Source: Phallusia mammillata (taxonomy: Eukaryota). Taken from it: 64,000 nucleotides of DNA. Below are positions 58,621 through 64,000 of the stretch, in pieces; position 1 is the stretch's first letter, and each line of letters starts with the position of its first letter. Position numbers and translations under genes: made by a program. The stretch is taken from assembly GCA_965637545.1 (NCBI GenBank), contig OZ281500.1, positions 2,170,001-2,234,000 on the forward strand. The letters run 5' to 3'. The notes under the pieces were generated by a model. The model saw nothing but the letters and a program-made list of their open reading frames with translations, searched no databases and was not told the origin of the DNA.

Positions 58621-59546
58621 GTGGACGTTCAATAATATCCAACTCCAAAGCTTTCAATCCTCGGTTTGTGGACATTATGTAATTCTGTTTGTATTCGCTG
58701 TATCACGAAACATCTCAATGGAAGACTTTGTAAACTCTTTTTCGTCCAATTATATAGCAAATGACTTGGTTGTACAAACGTTATTCGATGAATAAATTCT
58801 CCCCGAAGCGCTTGGCAATTGACTGCGTCAAAACCGTCTTTGCAATATTACGTCAGAAAACAGGTCTGCAGGCGCGAATTAATTGGCTTCGCCAAGCCCT
58901 TTGATGGGCCTGGTAAACACGATTGCCTAGCGTACAATTGTTCCCATCCAATTGCCCTCAATAGCAATGCAATTCAGGAAACAATTTCCGCAAGCGAGGC
59001 CAGCTCACCACAAACGTAAAGATGATGCTATCTTGCAGTTTTTACCGTTTAGGATTATATCAATCTGGGCAACAAACTACCTAATACATACCAAACAGTT
59101 AGGGTTATCATCCATAGGATTACATTCATTACCCTCTAAAGGGTTATAGTTAGAATTATTAGCATCTCAAATTAACGTCTAAACTTAGGGTTATTACCGT
59201 CTAAACCTAGGGTTAGGGTTAGGGTTATAGTTGGGGTTAGGGTTAGGGTTAGGGTTAGGGTTAGGGTTAGGGTCTAAACTCAGGGTTATTACCGTCTAAA
59301 CCTAGGGTTAGGGTTATAGTTGGGGTTAGCGTCTAAACTAAGGGTCTAAACTTAGGGTTATTACCGTCTAAACCTAGGGTTAGGGTTATAGTTGGGGTTA
59401 GCGTCTAAACTAAGGGTCTAAACTTAGGGTCTAAACTTAAGGTCTAAACTTAGGGTTAACGTCTAACCGTCTATAGGGTTAGACCGGAAGTAATACCGGA
59501 AGTAATTGAGCATACTTGGAGGGTCAAAGCCACAATATATACTACT
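58621..59546. repeat. Right terminal inverted repeat, 926 bp
   Basis: Mirror of 45419-46344; contains (TTAGGG)6 at 59237-59272. Confidence 0.95.
58622..58795 (+). pseudogene. Start-less copy of the last 57 codons of the protease gene inside the right TIR
   Basis: Translates WTFNNIQLQSFQSSVCGHY...VVQTLFDE*, identical to the protease C-terminus; lacks the catalytic His and Asp. Confidence 0.9.
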
Positions 59547-62500
59547 GACAATAGAAATAAAGATCACAATTGGTGGATATTGGCTTAATGTTCTACACTT
59601 ATACAGCTACACCGTATTACAAAGCGCTTAAACAACCGCTGTGTGCCATTAAAAAAATATCACGGTTAAAACAAACCATGCCAATCTCAATCAACAGAAA
59701 ATTGAAGCAAGTAGTAAATGCAATTTTTGATCTTTAAACAATTATCTTCAATAAAAGCCTTTTAACGTGCAAATTTTTTGACAAAAAGCTTTTCCTCCAC
59801 ACAAGTCACAAGACGTTTAACTAGTTTCACGACTTTCCGTCCTATTCCAGCTTCTGTTAAAAGAGTGTTTTCCGTTTTGTACGTTCGACCTTACCGTGGA
59901 TAATGTGTAATTTACCTGGGGGAATTGCAACAAAGTTTTCACATGGGGGTGAAATCAGTCTTACAACATACGAACACAAGAGTGGTGTAACCCTAAAGTG
60001 GGTAGCACGCAAGCCAATAAAAACTGGGTGTGTTTAGATGTCGGCTTGGGCTGAACAAGAGTGGCGATAGAAAATGCGCACACCTCTCAAAAAACATATG
60101 AAGGTTTTTTTTGTTTATTTTATGACGCAAAAGTGGAAAGCAATAAAAAAAGCTCATCTTTCCGATTATGATTTGCCTGAGACATGCCTAGACATGGCCT
60201 CAACAGCCTCTGTCGGTTATTGTAGCCGTTGAATGCTGCTTTAGTAATGTAATATTCCGAGAACAAAAAGGTATTATCGTTTCCATTGTGTCAACAAGTT
60301 TTGACGTACATTTCGCTTTTAAGTCTAATACATTTCACAATTCGACAAAGTTACCAACGTCTACGTTTGAGGGAGTTTGTTTTTTGTTGACCGTTTTTTT
60401 ACGCGTGTTCGTTTCAACAAAGAAAAATGAAAAATAAACATCAAACTTTAATTGTAGCAAAAGTATTTTAACTTAAACTTCTTAACAAAAGCTGGTTTCA
60501 TTTTATGATACCATGACAAATCAAAAACATTTTTTTTAAGTTGTACGTTTTACAGCTAAATTGAAACCAAGCTTAGGGTTCGATTCATAAAATCGACATG
60601 TGATGTTAAATGGGACCTTTACCTGACCTTTTGCTAAACGTGATATCCGTAAAAGCATGTCAAGCCAATTCTCATCAACGCGTTTAAAATGCTGTGGTAC
60701 ATTTTCCACGGAATTTTGATAACGCAAGAGAATATCATAAAACAAAACTTTCTGTCATTAAACTTGCCGTTGTATTAAGCCACAAAAATGCTTTAAAAAA
60801 CGTTTACGGTGTTTGATATTATTCGTACAATTCATTTGGGATATATTCAGTTATTGGCCGAAAGGTCGGCATCGTCTGGTTATTTGGACACATTACGATT
60901 TGATTTGCATTCAACCTTGCAACCAATGTAACAATTTACAAGACATTGCTACCCGTATATGCTGCAATAAGTAATTGGTTGGCGCTTGAACAAGCCACAA
61001 AACACTGCTAAGCACGCACAAGTAATCACGATTATTATGCAATATCATGACCGTATCCACCATCATCAAAAAGATAAAAAGGCCAAATAGTTTCTAATCT
61101 ATGCTTTGGGCAATGTTCAAGTTTTTCTAGCATGTTCTAAGTCGTGCTGACTCAGGTTAACCATCAAACCTGAAATGACTCAGCAAAAAAACATGCAAAC
61201 AAGTCCTAATTGATTTTGGTCTACCATACTATTTTGGATATCAAACACCTGATTAACGTATTGGTATATTGCCAACATTATATATAAAAGAAATACTTTT
61301 ACATACGATGCAACCTGCAAAGGTTCTAACATCCAACTATACAAGAAACCCATAAACGGAATTGAATGATGTTATTATGTTTTCATGACTAGCTTCACGG
61401 ACAGACATCTCTTTTTGCAATTTTCACCAACACGATTTTGTATTTTTATTTTTATCGCAAGGAATGGAGATTTTATTAGCGTTTTATGCGTATAAGAGCA
61501 GTCGTGCAACTCTATACAAGGATTGGCTGTGCAAAACTTGTGAGGTTCTATGAAGACGTTTTTTGCTCGAAATATATGAGATAATCTGTTGATAGTTCAT
61601 TAAACAGTTTGTCAACGATTACGTATTTCGCAAAGTAATACGGTTTGTTTCGGAAATGACACGCATTTAAGCTGGTGCCAAACCGGTTCAAACAATTTAG
61701 TGAAAGACAAAGTTTTCGTTGAGCGTGCAAACAGGAAATGTACAAGATTTTTACTGAATATAAAGTCTTATGCATAAATTCAGAAATGCGTGTCTTTCAG
61801 TAAATAGTCTTAATTTTTGTGTGTGTAGAGACATTAAAATGTTGTGCTTAAAATTCTCTAATTAGCGAAAGACTTAAATAGGCCGTAGAAAGCGAGATTT
61901 TTGAGACAAGCCATTGCTACAATACTGAAATTGTTTTGTATGTGCAAATACCCAAGAATAAAATAAACATATCCGTATTTCTATGAGCTTTCTAAAACAT
62001 GCTAAATAACAAAGCACTTATATGCAGCGAAAGTTGATTCAAAACGGACCGCGACATTTTGTTCAACATAGAAAAATTTATTTTGGCAGAGAATTTTTTC
62101 TAGTGTCACGATGCTTCAGGTGAATTCGCAAATCGTGTTACAAAGCTCCCGCTCGCTTTTCTAAACGTGAAAGCGTCACCCTGTGATGTCACAATGGATT
62201 GGCAGGTCCTTTCGTGGAAAAATTGTTCTGTAGCTAGGCATTTTTATTTCGTTGCATGTGAAGGTAAAATCTTTACTGATTACAACCGCAGAAGGAAAAT
62301 GCAGAATTTAAAACGCCAAGTAGCTTAAGAGAACTTGTATGTGATAAATGCATTTCAATGCGAATACTAGTTTATGTTTTGGTCTTTGATGTGTCTTTCT
62401 CGGACGTTTAGAACAAAATATCCAAACTGTGTTCAAGTTTTCTGGTAGTGGTTCTCTTCTAGCAAGACTAGTGTACACTACCGATAGACATTAATTATAA

Positions 62501-64000
62501 TCGGTTTTACGTATTATAAAACATTTATAATATTTGTAAATGTAATATTAGGATCGTTTCGGTTTGAAACATTTATTACGTATAGATGCATGAACATGTG
62601 GAAAATCAGAGGGAATGTATCTAAGTATGGGTTTATTTTTGTTAGTAGGCCGACATCTATCATGATAGACAAATTTAACGATAGCGTTTTGAAGATTATC
62701 AGATAAAGAATCGACATGTAACAGCTTCTAGTGATAAGCGGACAGATGTTTCGGCTTTCATGTTGTATTTAGTCTTTCGACTCCTTTGCTTTAATGTTTG
62801 TTCGGGTTTACACTTTACAATTAAAGGCATTCGGTTGGCAAGCCCCAAAGTCGCTTATTTTATAGCCCACCACCAATATACGACATATGGTATCTTATCA
62901 GTAATTTATAACTTTTCAGATTACTTAATTATTTAGGGATATTACATAAGGAGGTGCATTAGGCTTACCATAATACAACTGTAACGAGTTTTTGGTAATT
63001 TATTACGCAAAGTGCATCACGTTAACGATGCATGAATTCTTGCGTCTTTAAACCACACATCATCTTATTTACGTTGCATTTCTGTGTCAAGCAAGCCCGA
63101 TGTAATCAAAAGTGGACAGCGCTTATAATTGTTACGTCATAATACCGGGAATACGTCACTGACATTTCGGTGAACTTTTGTTTCAGTCCAAATATGGTGC
63201 TGAAGAAAATGGCAAACCTGCAATCTTTTGTATGCTTTCAATCTTATATACGATTGGCCTTTCGTTTCACTAAAGGACTGTAGGCTACATTCATTCAAAT
63301 GTTTCCACACAAAATGACCAGGTTGTTAGGCTTATTACACTGCCATGTTTAAGGATGAAATGTTGTGTGCAAAACGGTGCTCATTCAGGACTGATAAAAA
63401 CATTTAACAAAAGTTGGCATATATTACCTTATTGTCAAGCAATATGTTTTTCTCTTTGGTTTGAAGGTTTGTTCATTAACAATGCAAATATTTCAGAAAT
63501 AATCCGATAGAATAACTATATGTAGCCTACATTGTAAGACAAATCGTGAAAATAAACAGTGACAATTTTTGAAAAACTAGGATGCTGTTAATTAACAATG
63601 TCAGGATTCTTGTCAGTCATCATAATTATTTTTGCAGAAACCTTTCGATAATCCGAACTGCAAATGATGCAGTAAAACACGCTTGACATTTTCAAAAGTT
63701 TCCTTAATCAGCAAAGGCCGTCGTTATTTTATGTATTTTAAGTGGTTGGGCATAATCATCAAAATGTTGGGTCGATTCTAGATGTTTGATCTTTTCATGT
63801 TGCTTCGACTGAAGACAGCAGGTGAACATAAGTCTTCAAACGTTGCCGTGTGCTAAGACTGACAGGTGTGAAAAGAGAGATAATAGCCGGCACAGGGGGC
63901 GAGTGACCAAAGTCTGCCGCGCCTGCTGTGGCTATCTCCAGAAACAACAGACCCCTTTATCGCCCTTTCGCTATCTCTTCAGCGGGGGTCCTTGGGCTGC

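Larger units (their letters stand above)
45419..59546. mobile_element. Complete Polinton/Maverick (adintovirus-like) endogenous DNA virus, 14,128 bp
   Basis: 5'-AGTAGTATATAT...ATATATACTACT-3' ends; perfect 6-bp TSD GACAAT at 45413-45418 and 59547-59552; 926-bp TIRs; full set of pPolB, integrase, ATPase, protease, major and minor capsid genes. Confidence 0.98.

Noticed and set aside
63805-63850. Penelope-type hammerhead-like motif CTGAAGAC...GTCTTCAAACGT
   Set aside because: No proper stem II or GAAA, and no supporting repeat or ORF in the window.
59553-64000. Genes to the right of the Polinton
   Set aside because: Only short AT-rich ORFs with no motifs, and no exon chain could be assembled.

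Overview
This is AT-rich animal genomic DNA with GT-AG introns, probably from a compact-genome marine invertebrate such as an ascidian (inference only). It is not prokaryotic: no rRNA or CRISPR array was seen. Host part, 1-45418: a 4-exon claudin/PMP22-superfamily gene; three beta-thymosin loci (one two-repeat gene, one single-repeat gene, one frameshifted duplicate); an intronless TPR plus transmembrane gene; and four intronless SAT/SSAT-type acetyltransferase genes plus a deleted pseudogene, produced by segmental duplication. It also holds many hAT-type MITEs, a 1.96-kb non-autonomous LTR element with a tRNA-Trp primer site, and a tRNA-headed retroposon. The main feature is a complete 14,128-bp Polinton/Maverick (adintovirus-like) endogenous virus at 45419-59546, with AGTAGT...ACTACT termini, a perfect 6-bp TSD (GACAAT) and 926-bp TIRs. 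It encodes protease, major capsid, penton, integrase, packaging ATPase, core-type proteins, two orphans and a protein-primed DNA polymerase, all with open frames. Four points are unusual. (1) The polymerase is split by three canonical spliceosomal introns whose removal restores one 1395-aa ORF, and an orphan gene has a fourth intron. (2) Splice-acceptor-like sites lie just before several start codons, including inside an overlapping gene train. (3) Both TIRs carry TTAGGG telomere-like arrays oriented like chromosome ends. (4) The TIR has captured the 3' end of the protease gene and its AATAAA, so both transcription units could end on the same signal. All coordinates, splice models and comparisons were read by hand; no database searches were run.
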